From the NCBI GenBank assembly GCA_963745835.1, contig CAVUZH010000015.1:192001-256000 (forward strand): a DNA stretch of 64,000 nt, written 5' to 3'. Below are positions 9,839 through 20,254 of this stretch, one piece after another. The notes beneath the pieces were generated by a model. It made no database searches. It was not told where the DNA came from and was given only the letters and a program-made list of their open reading frames with translations. The stretch comes from an uncultured delta proteobacterium. GTDB lineage: Bacteria; Desulfobacterota; Binatia; UBA9968. The translations under genes were made by a program, and so were the position numbers. The stretch's first letter is position 1, and each line of letters opens with the position of its first letter.

Positions 9839-11806
9839 TCAGCTGCCGACGGAAGCCTTCGCTGCCGCGGCGATTTTCGATTCCTGTTGGCGCGAGCGCG
9901 CGAGCCATTCGATCGCAACCATAATCACGGCGAGCAACATACCTCCTGCATTGATCGCCCAAGTTAGGCTTGTGTAAGTTCCGGTCTCGACGACGGGAAT
10001 AAGTAAACCGGCCGCGGCAACCAGGAAAAGAAACCGTTTAAGAACGCCGATCGGACGAAACAAATAACCCACCAAGCCGATTCCCAAGAGCACTGCGCCG
10101 ACGATAGCCGTGGCAATAGAGATCGCAACTGCATGCCACGACCCGATCAACAACAACGCAGGCGAGAAGACAAACAAAAACGGCACTACGTAGGCGATGG
10201 CGCAGAGGCGCATCGCTTCCCACCCGGTTCTAATCGGATCGGTTTTGCCAATGGATGCAGCCGCATAACTCGCCAGACACACCGGCGGCGTGACCATGCT
10301 CAGCATGCCAAAATAGAAAATGAACAGATGAGCGGCGATGGGCAAAATGCCCAATTTAGAAAGCCCCGGAGCGACCAGCACCGCCAGCAACACGTAGACC
10401 GCTGTGGTCGGCATGCCCATCCCCAGTATGATACTGACGATCGCGGTCAGGACTAGCAGCAGGATAGCGCTGTTCTGTCCGACGTTCAGCAAAGTCAATG
10501 TCAGGGTAAACCCAAGACCGGTGAGCTGAAGCACCCCGATCACGACGCCGGCGAGACCGGTGATGGCGGCGATCTCGAGCATGCCGCGCCCGGTATTGAT
10601 CAGAATGTTCAGCAGCTCGCGCGGACCGAGCTTTACACCGTGAGTGAGAAAGCCGACTGCGAGCGCGGATGCGACCGCCAAGAGCCCTGCCTCTTCGGGC
10701 CGGCGGTTTAAGAAGAACATCCAGATGATTAGAACTGTCAGCGGCACGACGAAGCCGGCCGAGCGCCTCAGCACCGGCAACAATCGCGGTAATTCGGCCG
10801 GCGGCATACCGTGAATGCCGTTGCGCGCCGCGAGCAGATCAACCTGGATGAACAGCACGATGTAATAAAGCAAAGCCGGCACTAAAGCCGCCAGCGCCAC
10901 CTGCGCGTATGGAATCGCCAGATACTCGGCGATCAGGAATGCCGCGGCCCCCATGACAGGCGGCATGATCTGCCCGCCAGTGGAAGCAACCGCCTCGATT
11001 GCTGCGGCAACCGGCGCCGGGTACCCGGCTTTTTTCATCATCGGAATGGTAAACGCGCCGTCAACCACGACGTTGGCGACCGCGCTGCCGCTGATGTTGC
11101 CGAACAAACTCGAGGAAACAATGGCGATCTTTGCCTGGCCGCCGCGAAAGCGACCCATCACGGCCAAAGCAAAATCGCTGAGGAAGGCGGCACCGCCGAT
11201 GGCATAAAGCGTTTCGCCGAACAGCACGAACACCAGCACGATACTGGCACCGATCTGCAGGGGCTGGCCGATAATGCCGTTGGCATCGAGATACAAATAG
11301 GTTGCGAGCCGGCCGATGGACCAGCCGCGACCGTAGAAATCGCCCGGAAACAGATAAGCGAAGAACGCATAGAAAATAAAAACACTGGCAATGATGACGA
11401 GAGGCCAGCCCACCAGGCGCCGGCACGCCTCGGCAAGCAGAATCACGGTGATTGCGCCCAAAATCACCCGCTCGGTATAAATGTCGCCTAAAGAGTTGGA
11501 GATTTCCGGAAACTTAACGAAGACGTACAAGCCGACGATCAATCCGAGCGCCGCTGCCAGCGCGTCGTACCATGGAATGCGCTGAACGTGTCGTCTCGAA
11601 CCGGGAATCAGAAGAAAAATCGCGCCAAGACTCAAAGCGAGAAAGAGCCCGATGTACTGCTCATGAAAGACCTGCCAATCGAAGCGCTGCGGCACATCGA
11701 GCAAGAAGAACATCCCTGAGAGGGGGATCGCGATCAGAAGAGCCTGGGTCGCCCGACCGGCAAGCCCGCTCAACTCTCGCGAGCGAACATTTTCCTCAAT
11801 TTCCAA
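9839..11806 (-). CDS. TRAP transporter fused 4TM/12TM permease (TAXI type)
   Basis: SGSAVANVV, EAVASTGGQIMPPVMGAAAF, LGMGMPTTAVY and TPPVCLA motifs. Confidence 0.93.
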   Translation of the reverse strand: MEIEENVRSRELSGLAGRATQALLIAIPLSGMFFLLDVPQRFDWQVFHEQYIGLFLALSLGAIFLLIPGSRRHVQRIPWYDALAAALGLIVGLYVFVKFPEISNSLGDIYTERVILGAITVILLAEACRRLVGWPLVIIASVFIFYAFFAYLFPGDFYGRGWSIGRLATYLYLDANGIIGQPLQIGASIVLVFVLFGETLYAIGGAAFLSDFALAVMGRFRGGQAKIAIVSSSLFGNISGSAVANVVVDGAFTIPMMKKAGYPAPVAAAIEAVASTGGQIMPPVMGAAAFLIAEYLAIPYAQVALAALVPALLYYIVLFIQVDLLAARNGIHGMPPAELPRLLPVLRRSAGFVVPLTVLIIWMFFLNRRPEEAGLLAVASALAVGFLTHGVKLGPRELLNILINTGRGMLEIAAITGLAGVVIGVLQLTGLGFTLTLTLLNVGQNSAILLLVLTAIVSIILGMGMPTTAVYVLLAVLVAPGLSKLGILPIAAHLFIFYFGMLSMVTPPVCLASYAAASIGKTDPIRTGWEAMRLCAIAYVVPFLFVFSPALLLIGSWHAVAISIATAIVGAVLLGIGLVGYLFRPIGVLKRFLFLVAAAGLLIPVVETGTYTSLTWAINAGGMLLAVIMVAIEWLARSRQQESKIAAAAKASVGS

Positions 11807-11906
11807 CGAATTATTCCCCTCGCTTATGGTCTGTCACAACACCAACGCAAACTTTGGTTGAATACGTCTTGATCGGAGCGCCGCCCGCCTCATGGACTCG
11901 ACAAAT

Positions 11907-12956
11907 TTAGCTGCAGATCTCTTTTGCACGCGCCTCCTGTTTGGCCGACCAAACGCCCGCCTCTTGGTAGAATTTTACCGCTCCGGAATGATACGGCACG
12001 GTGTAATTCGTAAGCGCCTGATGCTCCTTCTTCCATTTCTTAAATAAAGGATGAATCGTTTCCAGCTCTGGCAAATTGTCCCACCAGGCCTTGAGCATCA
12101 CCGAGATCGTCCGGTCATTGACCTGAGCCGAACTGACTAATTGAAGCGGATAGCCGATGACGTGCGTATCTCCCTTGATGCCGGTCGCTGGTTCAGACTT
12201 GACGACGGAAGCACCGTATTTGGCCAGGATTTTGTTGCCTCTTTCGACATCGCCCAGGCCGAGAAACCGTATCGGCTCCATGGCGTTTGCTTCCTCGATG
12301 ACACCGATGCCGACGGCAGTAAACGAGGCATCTACTTTTCCTTCGGGCACAGCACGAATGCCGTCGTTCAAATTCGACACCTTCACCTGAACGATGTCGG
12401 ACGGCCTTAGTCCGCCTGCTTCCATAACCGCCAGCTGCCACGTCTGATTGATAGCATGCCCGCCGTAGTCCCACGCCATCCGCTTTCCTTTGAGATCGCT
12501 GATCTGCTTGATGTCTGATTTATCGCGCACGATAAGGCCCGCGGTAAACGGAAAAACACCGCCGGCAACGACCCGGATCGTCGGATAAGGTTTTTTATAG
12601 TTGCCGGTGCCGGTGGCTGCCATATGCGAGTCGAGAATGTTGATGATGCCGAATTCCACCTCGCCACTCTCCAACAGCGGCATCCATGCGTTGGGACCGT
12701 TATAGGGCTGAACTCTTGCCGATACCTGAGTGACTTTACTAGCCACTGCGGCAAGCCCGGAGGCGAGCGCATGGGCTCCGGTTCCCGCCGGATTTGCCGC
12801 TATTGCCACCGTGCGCGGTAAATCGTTGCTTTTGTTGGCTGTCGGACCGCACGCGAGCTTGGCCTCGACAATCCCGATCAATTGCGCTTGCGGAAACGAC
12901 AGCAGTGCCACCGTCGTAAACGCCAGCAACCGTTTGAATAGAAATTTTACTTTCAT
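11907..12956 (-). CDS. TAXI-family TRAP solute-binding protein
   Basis: Signal peptide, PAGTGAHALASGLA, ISDLKGKR and PYHSGAVKFYQEAG motifs. ATG 12956 after GAAGGG. Confidence 0.88.
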   Translation of the reverse strand: MKVKFLFKRLLAFTTVALLSFPQAQLIGIVEAKLACGPTANKSNDLPRTVAIAANPAGTGAHALASGLAAVASKVTQVSARVQPYNGPNAWMPLLESGEVEFGIINILDSHMAATGTGNYKKPYPTIRVVAGGVFPFTAGLIVRDKSDIKQISDLKGKRMAWDYGGHAINQTWQLAVMEAGGLRPSDIVQVKVSNLNDGIRAVPEGKVDASFTAVGIGVIEEANAMEPIRFLGLGDVERGNKILAKYGASVVKSEPATGIKGDTHVIGYPLQLVSSAQVNDRTISVMLKAWWDNLPELETIHPLFKKWKKEHQALTNYTVPYHSGAVKFYQEAGVWSAKQEARAKEICS

Positions 12957-12986
12957 GTCCCCTTCTCTTGTGAACTGTAGATTCAA

Positions 12987-14030
12987 TCAACTGCAAATTT
13001 CCTTGGCGCGAAGGTCATGCTTTTCCGTCCAGACACCCGCCTCTTTGTAGAACTTAACCGCGCCCGAATGATACGGGATCGTGAAATTGGTGATTGCCTG
13101 GACGTCTTTGGTCCACTTCTTAAACTGCGGGTGAATTGTCTGCAGTTCAGCGAGATTGTCCCACCAGGCTTTAAGAACCGTCGATACGGTTCTATCGTTT
13201 ACCTTGGTCGAGCTGGCAAGATGAAGCGGATAACCGATCACGTGGGTGTCGCCGCGAATGCCGGCGGTCGGATCCTGCTTCACAATCGATCCGCCATATT
13301 TTGACAGGATTTTATTGGATGCGTCGGTATTGGGAAGGCTGAGGAATCGGATCGGCTCCATCGCGTTTACTTCCTCGTTGATGCCGATGCCGATGGCAGC
13401 AAAAGTCGCGTCGACTCTGCCCTCGGGAACGGCTCGAATAGCGTCGTTGAGATTTGAAAAGCGAACCTGGACAACATCGCTGGGCTTTAAGCCGCTGACT
13501 TCCATGGCGGCGTTTTGCCAGCTCTGGGTGATTGCATGGCCGCCGAAATCCCATGCCATTCGTTTCCCCTTTAGATCGCCAGGTTGTTTGATCTCGGACT
13601 TGTCACGCACCATGATACTACCGGTAAACGGAAACACACCGCCAGAGACCACGCGAAGCATCGGATAAGGCTTCTTGTAGTTGCCCGTTCCGGTCACCGC
13701 CATGTGCGAATCGAGGATGTTGATGATACCAAACTCGACCTCGCCATTTTCCATCAGCGGCATCCAAGCGTTCGGGCCGTTATAGGGTTGAACTTTGGCA
13801 GCAATTGGTGTCGCCCTGCTGGCCACCGCCGACAATCCCGAAGCTAAGGCATGGGCGCCGGTTCCCGCCAGATTGGAGGCAATGGCAATCGTCCGCGGCA
13901 GATCGTTACTGGTATTGGCAGTCGGGCCGCACTGGAGCTTGGCAGCCGCGCTTGCGCCGGTTTGCCATTGCGGCAGCACAACAAAACTACTCGCCAACAG
14001 GATTCGCAAACCGATGGTTATAAATTTCAT
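12987..14030 (-). CDS. TAXI-family TRAP solute-binding protein (tandem paralog)
   Basis: Colinear with and closely similar to 11907..12956. ATG 14030 after GGAGG. Confidence 0.88.
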   Translation of the reverse strand: MKFITIGLRILLASSFVVLPQWQTGASAAAKLQCGPTANTSNDLPRTIAIASNLAGTGAHALASGLSAVASRATPIAAKVQPYNGPNAWMPLMENGEVEFGIINILDSHMAVTGTGNYKKPYPMLRVVSGGVFPFTGSIMVRDKSEIKQPGDLKGKRMAWDFGGHAITQSWQNAAMEVSGLKPSDVVQVRFSNLNDAIRAVPEGRVDATFAAIGIGINEEVNAMEPIRFLSLPNTDASNKILSKYGGSIVKQDPTAGIRGDTHVIGYPLHLASSTKVNDRTVSTVLKAWWDNLAELQTIHPQFKKWTKDVQAITNFTIPYHSGAVKFYKEAGVWTEKHDLRAKEICS

Positions 14031-14058
14031 CGTCGGTCCTCCCTTTTGCAGCAAATAT

Positions 14059-15123
14059 TTAGCTCGAGAGGCGGTAGAAGCGCTTGGCGTTCTCGGCGAG
14101 GATTTTTCGCTTTGCCGAATCCGAGATATCGGTGCGAGCTTCGATGCCAGGTATGTCCTCGAGATACTGCGACCGTTGACGCTCGTGGGGATAGTCGGAG
14201 GCGAAAAAGATGTGATCCTCGCCAAACAGCTCCAGTACATACGGCAAGGTGCGCTCCTCGGATTCCAAAGAAACGTAGACCGAACCGCCTGCGATATATT
14301 CGCTGGGCGCGCGCTTCAGTCTCGGCGCCCACTTTTTACCGCGTCTTTCAAAGTCCTCATCGAGCCGGTCCATCATAAATGGAATCCAGCCGCAGCCTGC
14401 CTCGAGATAAGCGACCCGGAGATCCGGGTAAAGCTCGAACACACCCTGAAAAATCATATTGGTAAGCTGGATCATCAGCGGCAGCGGATGCTCCAAGGCA
14501 TGAACTTCGGCGAAGGTCTCGAAAAAATCAAAGCCCAAACCACGGCTTGGCGCGCCGTGAACCGCCAACGGCATGTCGAGGCGGCACGCTTCTTCGTAAA
14601 TCGGAAAGAAACTCTCGTGACCGTAGCCTTTGCGCAGGTTGGTGACCGACGGCAGCATCGCCGCCGGCATGCCCAGTTCTTCTTTGACGCGGCGCAGCTC
14701 CTTGACGGCGGCGGGAACATCGTGGATCGGGATCAGCGCCGCGCCGAGGATCCGGGAAGTTCGCTTTGTATAACTCGCGTGCAGCCAAGAATTGTAAGCG
14801 CGGGCGATGTCCACCGCCCAGGCGGGATCCTGAATCAAACCGAAGGCGAGAGCGGCCGTCGGATAGACGATGGTCGTTTGTATGCCGCATTCATCGAGAA
14901 ACGAGATCCAGGTATCGCAGTCTGGATAATCGCGCAGCCCCGGCGAGCTCATGCCCGACAGCCGCGCCCAACCATCCAGGGACGGAAAAGGCGAGAACGT
15001 GTCAGCCCAGCTCTGGTCCTTGCTGGTGCCCCGGTAGTTGCCGCCGAGAAATTCCAAAATTTCCTTGCTCCGTTCCGTGACATGACCGTCGCCATCGATC
15101 ACAGGAAAGCGATTCTTTCTCAT
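14059..15123 (-). CDS. Amidohydrolase_2 family protein
   Basis: IDGDGHV, PLAVHG, LEAGCGWIP and FASDYPH motifs. Confidence 0.9.
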   Translation of the reverse strand: MRKNRFPVIDGDGHVTERSKEILEFLGGNYRGTSKDQSWADTFSPFPSLDGWARLSGMSSPGLRDYPDCDTWISFLDECGIQTTIVYPTAALAFGLIQDPAWAVDIARAYNSWLHASYTKRTSRILGAALIPIHDVPAAVKELRRVKEELGMPAAMLPSVTNLRKGYGHESFFPIYEEACRLDMPLAVHGAPSRGLGFDFFETFAEVHALEHPLPLMIQLTNMIFQGVFELYPDLRVAYLEAGCGWIPFMMDRLDEDFERRGKKWAPRLKRAPSEYIAGGSVYVSLESEERTLPYVLELFGEDHIFFASDYPHERQRSQYLEDIPGIEARTDISDSAKRKILAENAKRFYRLSS

Positions 15124-15289
15124 TGCAACGTTACCGCCTTTCGGCATTCTGCGAATTAAAACTTCGATTACCAGCGTCGTAATGTGTATTGCTTGAGTGC
15201 TCCGGAGTTGTCAAGCTCCGGCTGGGAGCGTACATCATCGCCTGACCGCAGCGCTTCGATTGCCCTTTGCCGTGATCTCGCAAGCGAGA

Positions 15290-16516
15290 TCAATTGCCGC
15301 AAGCTCGCTGCGGCGGTTTGGCAAAAAACATGAACAGCGTTGCCATCAAACTGACGAGAGCGAAAACGCCGAATGCAATTGTGTAGCTTTTAGTCACATC
15401 ATAGAAAAATCCCGCGATGATAGGACCGAGAAAGGTGCCCGCAGTCACAACCGACCGGCTCATGCCTTGAATCGTCGCGAATGCTCGCGTGCCGAAATAG
15501 TCGGCGCGGATCGGTTCTTGTAAAGCGGCCAGCCCGCCGTACGCCAGCGAATAGATAATCATGCACGTGGTAAAAACAAACCCCCGGGCGGTATAGCCCA
15601 TCAACAGTACCGAGACACTCAGCGCCAGCAATAATCCCATTACCAAGCGGCGCTTATCGAGCAAATCTCCCAACCAGCCCATGCCGATCCGCGCCGGCGC
15701 GCCGATCAATGCGGAGACGCCGAGCAAGGTGCTGGCCGCTTCAGTGCTCCAGCCACGGTCCACCAGGAGAATAACAAAGTGAACCGAAACTCCTTCGGTC
15801 ACCAGATGACGCATGCCCATTGCGACAGAAAGCAACCAAAAAGATCGATGACGTAACGCTTGCTTAAGTGTGAACTGCGGATCGATCGAAGAATGCGGAG
15901 AGTCTTTCGAATTAGCCTCGGAGCTCTCCAGGCTGACGATGCCGGCTTCTTCTTGGGTATAAATTTTTCTGATAACGCAGGCGAGCGGAAATCCAATGGC
16001 GAGCAGAACACAACCGGATATCACCGCTGCGGTTCGCCATCCCCATAATCCGATCATCCATCCGACCAACGGAACCATCGGGCCCGAAATTCCGGGTCCC
16101 ATGCGGAAGATGCCGAAGGCCAGGCTTCTTCTCTCGCGAAAAACCTTGGCGATTAGAACGCTGATCGGCATGTTGTAACCAAGGCTGGAACCGAGAACGA
16201 TGCCGAGAACGATGACGGCGTAGAGCATCGGCAGCGAGTCCACCAAACTCAGCGCTAAAAAACCGCCGGCGCAGAGAAATAGCCCGATAAATATCATTCT
16301 CTGCGGTCCGACCCGGTCGGTGACATATCCTTCGATAGGTCCGAGAAGGCCGGACTCAATTCGCGCCAGAGAAAAAGCGCCGGAGATTGCCGTGCGGCTC
16401 CAACCGAACTCGCGCTCGAAGGAAGGAAAGTAGGCGCTCATGCCGAAATAACTCAGGCCGGTGTTCACCGCATGGGTGATGCAACCGACGATCACGAGCC
16501 ACCATTTTTTTTCCAT
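15290..16516 (-). CDS. MFS transporter
   Basis: About 12 hydrophobic segments, with GYVTDRVGPQ and GWLGDLLDKR motif-A copies. Confidence 0.88.
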   Translation of the reverse strand: MEKKWWLVIVGCITHAVNTGLSYFGMSAYFPSFEREFGWSRTAISGAFSLARIESGLLGPIEGYVTDRVGPQRMIFIGLFLCAGGFLALSLVDSLPMLYAVIVLGIVLGSSLGYNMPISVLIAKVFRERRSLAFGIFRMGPGISGPMVPLVGWMIGLWGWRTAAVISGCVLLAIGFPLACVIRKIYTQEEAGIVSLESSEANSKDSPHSSIDPQFTLKQALRHRSFWLLSVAMGMRHLVTEGVSVHFVILLVDRGWSTEAASTLLGVSALIGAPARIGMGWLGDLLDKRRLVMGLLLALSVSVLLMGYTARGFVFTTCMIIYSLAYGGLAALQEPIRADYFGTRAFATIQGMSRSVVTAGTFLGPIIAGFFYDVTKSYTIAFGVFALVSLMATLFMFFAKPPQRACGN

Positions 16517-17116
16517 CCCGATCGACCTCCGAGCTAATTGTGCCGAGCGAAGTTGCCAAAACGTTCGCACGATAACTGAAATCGGCAGGGTTAGAAAGTA
16601 AAGTGGAACGGATCAGCGCACGTAACCGATCCTCGGCTAGCGTTTTCGAATACTCAGATGATCTTTCGAGAAAACGTGCGATTGGGGAGCAGCCATTCTC
16701 GGACAAGCACTGATATTTGAACGGATCTTCTGAACGGATCGACGGCGTGGCGTCTCGCTGGAAATTGCTACTTTCGTGCGCAGAAGTTGCGGGCACAGGG
16801 TATTCATTATACCTTCGTTTTGTGTTGCTGTACCGGACACAAACCTTAAACAAACTGCCGCGTCTAACGGGCCATTCAAGCTGATCAGCACGCTCAATCC
16901 GCGATAAAATTGCTGTTCGACGCTGTGCCTGACAGCTCTGTGCCGGTTCTTCAGGCGCCGGCAAATCATCGATCCGGAAAGGGGGCAGGCGCAAGACATC
17001 AATCGAGCCCCAATTCACGGCCGGTGGTTTGCCGTGTGATCAAGACTGTCGGATTGGCAAAATCCACCGGCGACAGTTTCGGCCTGCGGACTTAAGGCGA
17101 GTCCGCGACATTCAAT

Positions 17117-17272
17117 CTAGCAGGTTATGAAAAATGCGGATTTGCAGGCTGCTCAAAAGAGTTAGAGCCGAGGCGCGCGAAAATCGGCGAGCCGAGACGT
17201 ACTTAGCGAGTACGTTGTAGCGAGACGATCGAGCGCAACGAAGGATATGAGTCTTTTTCAGCAGCCTGCTAG
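17117..17272. mobile_element. MITE-like palindromic element, family A, copy 1
   Basis: Ends CTAGCAGGTTATGAAAAA / GCAGGCTGCTCAAAA and TTTTTCAGCAGCCTGCTAG are inverted repeats, with central CGTAC-N7-GTACG. Colinear with 23583..23709. Confidence 0.7.
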
Positions 17273-17283
17273 GAGAAGAGATA

Positions 17284-19002
17284 GTGCCTCATAGCGTTAC
17301 CTTAATCAGCACCATCGCTGCCGGCTTGGGACTTGCGTTGATCATGGGCTTTATCGCAGCGCGCTTAAAACTACCGGTTCTGGTGGGTTATCTCATTGCC
17401 GGCATCATCATCGGTCCCGCAACTCCGGGCTTCGTTGCCGACATCGAACTATCAAGTCAGCTTGCTGAGATCGGCGTGATGCTGTTGATGTTCGGAGTCG
17501 GGCTGCACTTTTCACTGGAAGACTTGTTGGCGGTGCGGCGAATCGCGTTACCCGGCGCCGTCGCTCAAATCGCCGTTGCCACGGCGCTCGGAATATTTGT
17601 GACCAGCCTCTGGGGTTGGAGTCTTGCCGCCGGAATTGTATTCGGTCTTGCACTCTCGGTAGCTAGCACGGTCGTCCTCCTCAAAGCGCTGGAGAGCCGC
17701 GGCGTGCTTGATTCCGTCAACGGCCGCATTGCCATCGGCTGGTTGCTTGTCGAAGACCTTGTCATGGTACTCGTTTTGGTGCTGCTTCCAGCCTTGGCGC
17801 TGTGGCTCGGAAGCACAACGAATGCTGCGACTCCATCTGTGGGAGACCGAAGCCTATGGCAAACCCTTGCAGTGACGATTGGCCAGGTATCGGGGTTTGT
17901 GGTGCTAATGCTGGTAGTGGGCCGACGCCTCTTTCCCTGGTTGCTTTGGCAGGTTGCCCGAACCGGCTCTCGCGAGCTTTTTACTCTGTGCATCGTCGCC
18001 GCCGCCGTCGGCATTGCTTATGGTTCCGCCGCACTCTTCGGCGTCTCATTCGCGCTCGGGGCGTTTTTTGCCGGGATGGTCATGAGAGAGTCGCCACTGA
18101 GTTATCGGGCGGCTGAAGAGTCCATGCCTCTGAGGGACGCGTTTTCCGTTCTGTTCTTCGTATCCGTCGGCATGCTGTTCGAGCCAGAGGTGTTGATTCG
18201 CGAACCACTCCACGTCGTGATGGTTCTGGCAATCATCATCTTCGGCAAATCGATGGCGGCTTTCGTTATCGTGCTTCTGTTCCGATACCCGCTCAACACG
18301 GCGCTTACCGTATCGGCAAGCCTCGCGCAAATCGGCGAGTTCTCATTCATCCTGGCTAATTTTGGGGTTTCGCTGGGACTACTGCCGCCGGAAGGCCAGA
18401 GTCTGATCCTGTCAGGCGCGATCATCTCGATTGCTCTCAATCCTGTGTTGTTTGGAGCAATCGAACCGGCGCAAGCGTGGATCCGCTCGCGCTCAAAACT
18501 CGCTCAAGCTTTGGAGCGCCCGGATGACCCGCTGGCGGCGTTGCCGATGACCACCGATTTAAAGCGCCTGACTGGACATGTTGTCATTGTCGGCTACGGC
18601 CGAGTTGGCCGGCGCATCGGCGAGGCGATGATCGCGCATGGCATAGCGATTGTCGTCGCCGAGCAGAACCGCGAAATCGTCGAGCGCCTGCGCTCGAGCG
18701 GTATAGCGGCGGTATCCGGCGATGCCTCTGACCCCGCGGTGCTCCTCCAGGCTCATGTTCACCGAGCATCTATCTTGGTGATCGCCACGCCCGATACCCT
18801 CAATGTTCGAAAAATGATCGAGGTCGCCCGCACGGTCAACCCGCGCATCCAAACCGTGGTGCGCACGCACAGCGAAGAGGAGGCCGTGCTCCTGGAACAA
18901 GAACAGGCCGGCAAAGTTTTTCTTGGCGAGCACGAACTCGCAACCGGCATGATTCAACATGTGCTCGAATGCCATGCGGGGAAAGTCGAGCGCAACAAAT
19001 AA
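17284..19002 (+). CDS. ybaL: CPA2-family cation:proton antiporter with TrkA-N domain (YbaL/RosB-like)
   Basis: LAEIGVMLLMFGVGLHFS, SVASTVV, EDL and SLAQIGEFSFIL motifs plus C-terminal GYGRVG. AGGAG RBS before GTG. Confidence 0.88.
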   Translation: MPHSVTLISTIAAGLGLALIMGFIAARLKLPVLVGYLIAGIIIGPATPGFVADIELSSQLAEIGVMLLMFGVGLHFSLEDLLAVRRIALPGAVAQIAVATALGIFVTSLWGWSLAAGIVFGLALSVASTVVLLKALESRGVLDSVNGRIAIGWLLVEDLVMVLVLVLLPALALWLGSTTNAATPSVGDRSLWQTLAVTIGQVSGFVVLMLVVGRRLFPWLLWQVARTGSRELFTLCIVAAAVGIAYGSAALFGVSFALGAFFAGMVMRESPLSYRAAEESMPLRDAFSVLFFVSVGMLFEPEVLIREPLHVVMVLAIIIFGKSMAAFVIVLLFRYPLNTALTVSASLAQIGEFSFILANFGVSLGLLPPEGQSLILSGAIISIALNPVLFGAIEPAQAWIRSRSKLAQALERPDDPLAALPMTTDLKRLTGHVVIVGYGRVGRRIGEAMIAHGIAIVVAEQNREIVERLRSSGIAAVSGDASDPAVLLQAHVHRASILVIATPDTLNVRKMIEVARTVNPRIQTVVRTHSEEEAVLLEQEQAGKVFLGEHELATGMIQHVLECHAGKVERNK

Positions 19003-19006
19003 ACCT

Positions 19007-19450
19007 CTAACGGATTCTTGAGTGGGGGCGAAAGCCGCTGTTTAGATGACCGCGCTGTTGCGGTCGACGACTGGGAAACCGATCAAATGGAGACGCGTTC
19101 GTGACTGCGACCTGAACCAGGTCCGGCTCCGAATCACGCAGCGCAGCGGCTGTGATAATCGCCTGAGCCAATCGATCGTTGCTTTCCGCCAGCTTCCGGT
19201 TTGACTCCGCCAGCTCTTCATCCTTGAGTCGCTGCCAAAACGCATGCTCGCGCTCGCGCGCTGCGCGCACCTCTTCATCGGTGACATCTTGCAATTCCTG
19301 GCGCTTGATCACCGCTGCCCCAGGCGTTGGAGTTATATTAGACAGGACGATCTTTCCGGCAGGATCCCGGTAAATAAAGTACTCGGCGCCTTGCGCCAGC
19401 GAAGCACCAAAGGCCAACGCGCAACTCATGGCAAGCAAAGTTCTTGTCAT
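19007..19450 (-). CDS. Secreted DUF4124-like protein
   Basis: Signal peptide, then FIYRDPAGKIVLSN.P (DUF4124-like) and a coiled-coil. Strong AGGAGG RBS. Confidence 0.6.
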   Translation of the reverse strand: MTRTLLAMSCALAFGASLAQGAEYFIYRDPAGKIVLSNITPTPGAAVIKRQELQDVTDEEVRAAREREHAFWQRLKDEELAESNRKLAESNDRLAQAIITAAALRDSEPDLVQVAVTNASPFDRFPSRRPQQRGHLNSGFRPHSRIR

Positions 19451-19623
19451 CGTGATGTCCTCCTTCTAATCCTTATCGAAATATGCCTAACGAACCCTTT
19501 AGCCCCGGTCAATCCTCGATCCGGATAGCCTCATCCCTGTCACAGAGCCATTGGAAATAGCAAGCTATCGAGTTAAGAAGAAGCTGCCGCTCCACGTCAG
19601 ACGGAGCGAAGGGAAAGCGAACG

Positions 19624-20079
19624 ATGGGCGAGAGCTTTGGTAGAATTTCGATTGGTGGCTTTCTGCTGCTGATGTTTCTGGTTGGTTGTAGTACCAGAGG
19701 AGCGGGCAGCTTACCTGCTGACTCCTCCTCGTTGGTTGGCCGATGGCGCCAAACATCGATTGCCACCGGCAATCAGTCGGTCGAATGTCCTGCCACTATG
19801 CCGTTGCCCGGCGGCTTGACCACCTCGTGTAGCGGCAACGATGTGATCGAATTCAATCCGAATGGCACGTTCACCGCCACATTCGCCGGCAGCACCGTAA
19901 AAGGTTCCGGGACCTGGCGGCTCACTGGAAATAATCTGTCGTTAACTTTCACTGCGCCGTCAAATGTTGCCGGCAGAAACCAGTCGGCAACAATTCGATT
20001 CGGCGAAGGCGCCAAGACCATAAGCATAAATTCCAGGTTGGGTGAAACGCCTACGACCGAAACATACACACGGCAATAA
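19624..20079 (+). CDS. Lipocalin-like lipoprotein
   Basis: Lipobox LVGC, LVGRWRQTS, IEFNPNGTF and GTWRLTGNNL segments. Confidence 0.7.
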   Translation: MGESFGRISIGGFLLLMFLVGCSTRGAGSLPADSSSLVGRWRQTSIATGNQSVECPATMPLPGGLTTSCSGNDVIEFNPNGTFTATFAGSTVKGSGTWRLTGNNLSLTFTAPSNVAGRNQSATIRFGEGAKTISINSRLGETPTTETYTRQ

Positions 20080-20254
20080 TCAGCGGTGCTCTGTGCGGTA
20101 ACTCTCAGCTAATTACTGCGAGATTAAGGGAACAAAGGTCGACGAGAGCGGCAAAACCTAAAGTCTCCTCCTGGTCCTCGACTCGATGGCTTTGAGCCGC
20201 AGTCGAACAGATCGCTTAGTCCTATCAGTACTGATGAATTAACGACTTAGCCGC

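Noticed and set aside
13795-15159. 454-aa plus-strand ORF and similar long antisense ORFs (e.g. 7944..8672, 29792..30481, 56466..57065)
   Set aside because: Shadow ORFs opposite well-supported genes in GC-rich DNA, with no recognisable motifs.
16520-17110. Possible small ORFs or an ncRNA in a 600-bp intergenic gap
   Set aside because: No recognisable motif, convincing RBS-ORF pair or stable structure could be supported by eye.
20177-20210. TCGACT..AGTCGA hairpin as another REP family
   Set aside because: Short, degenerate and single-copy in this window.
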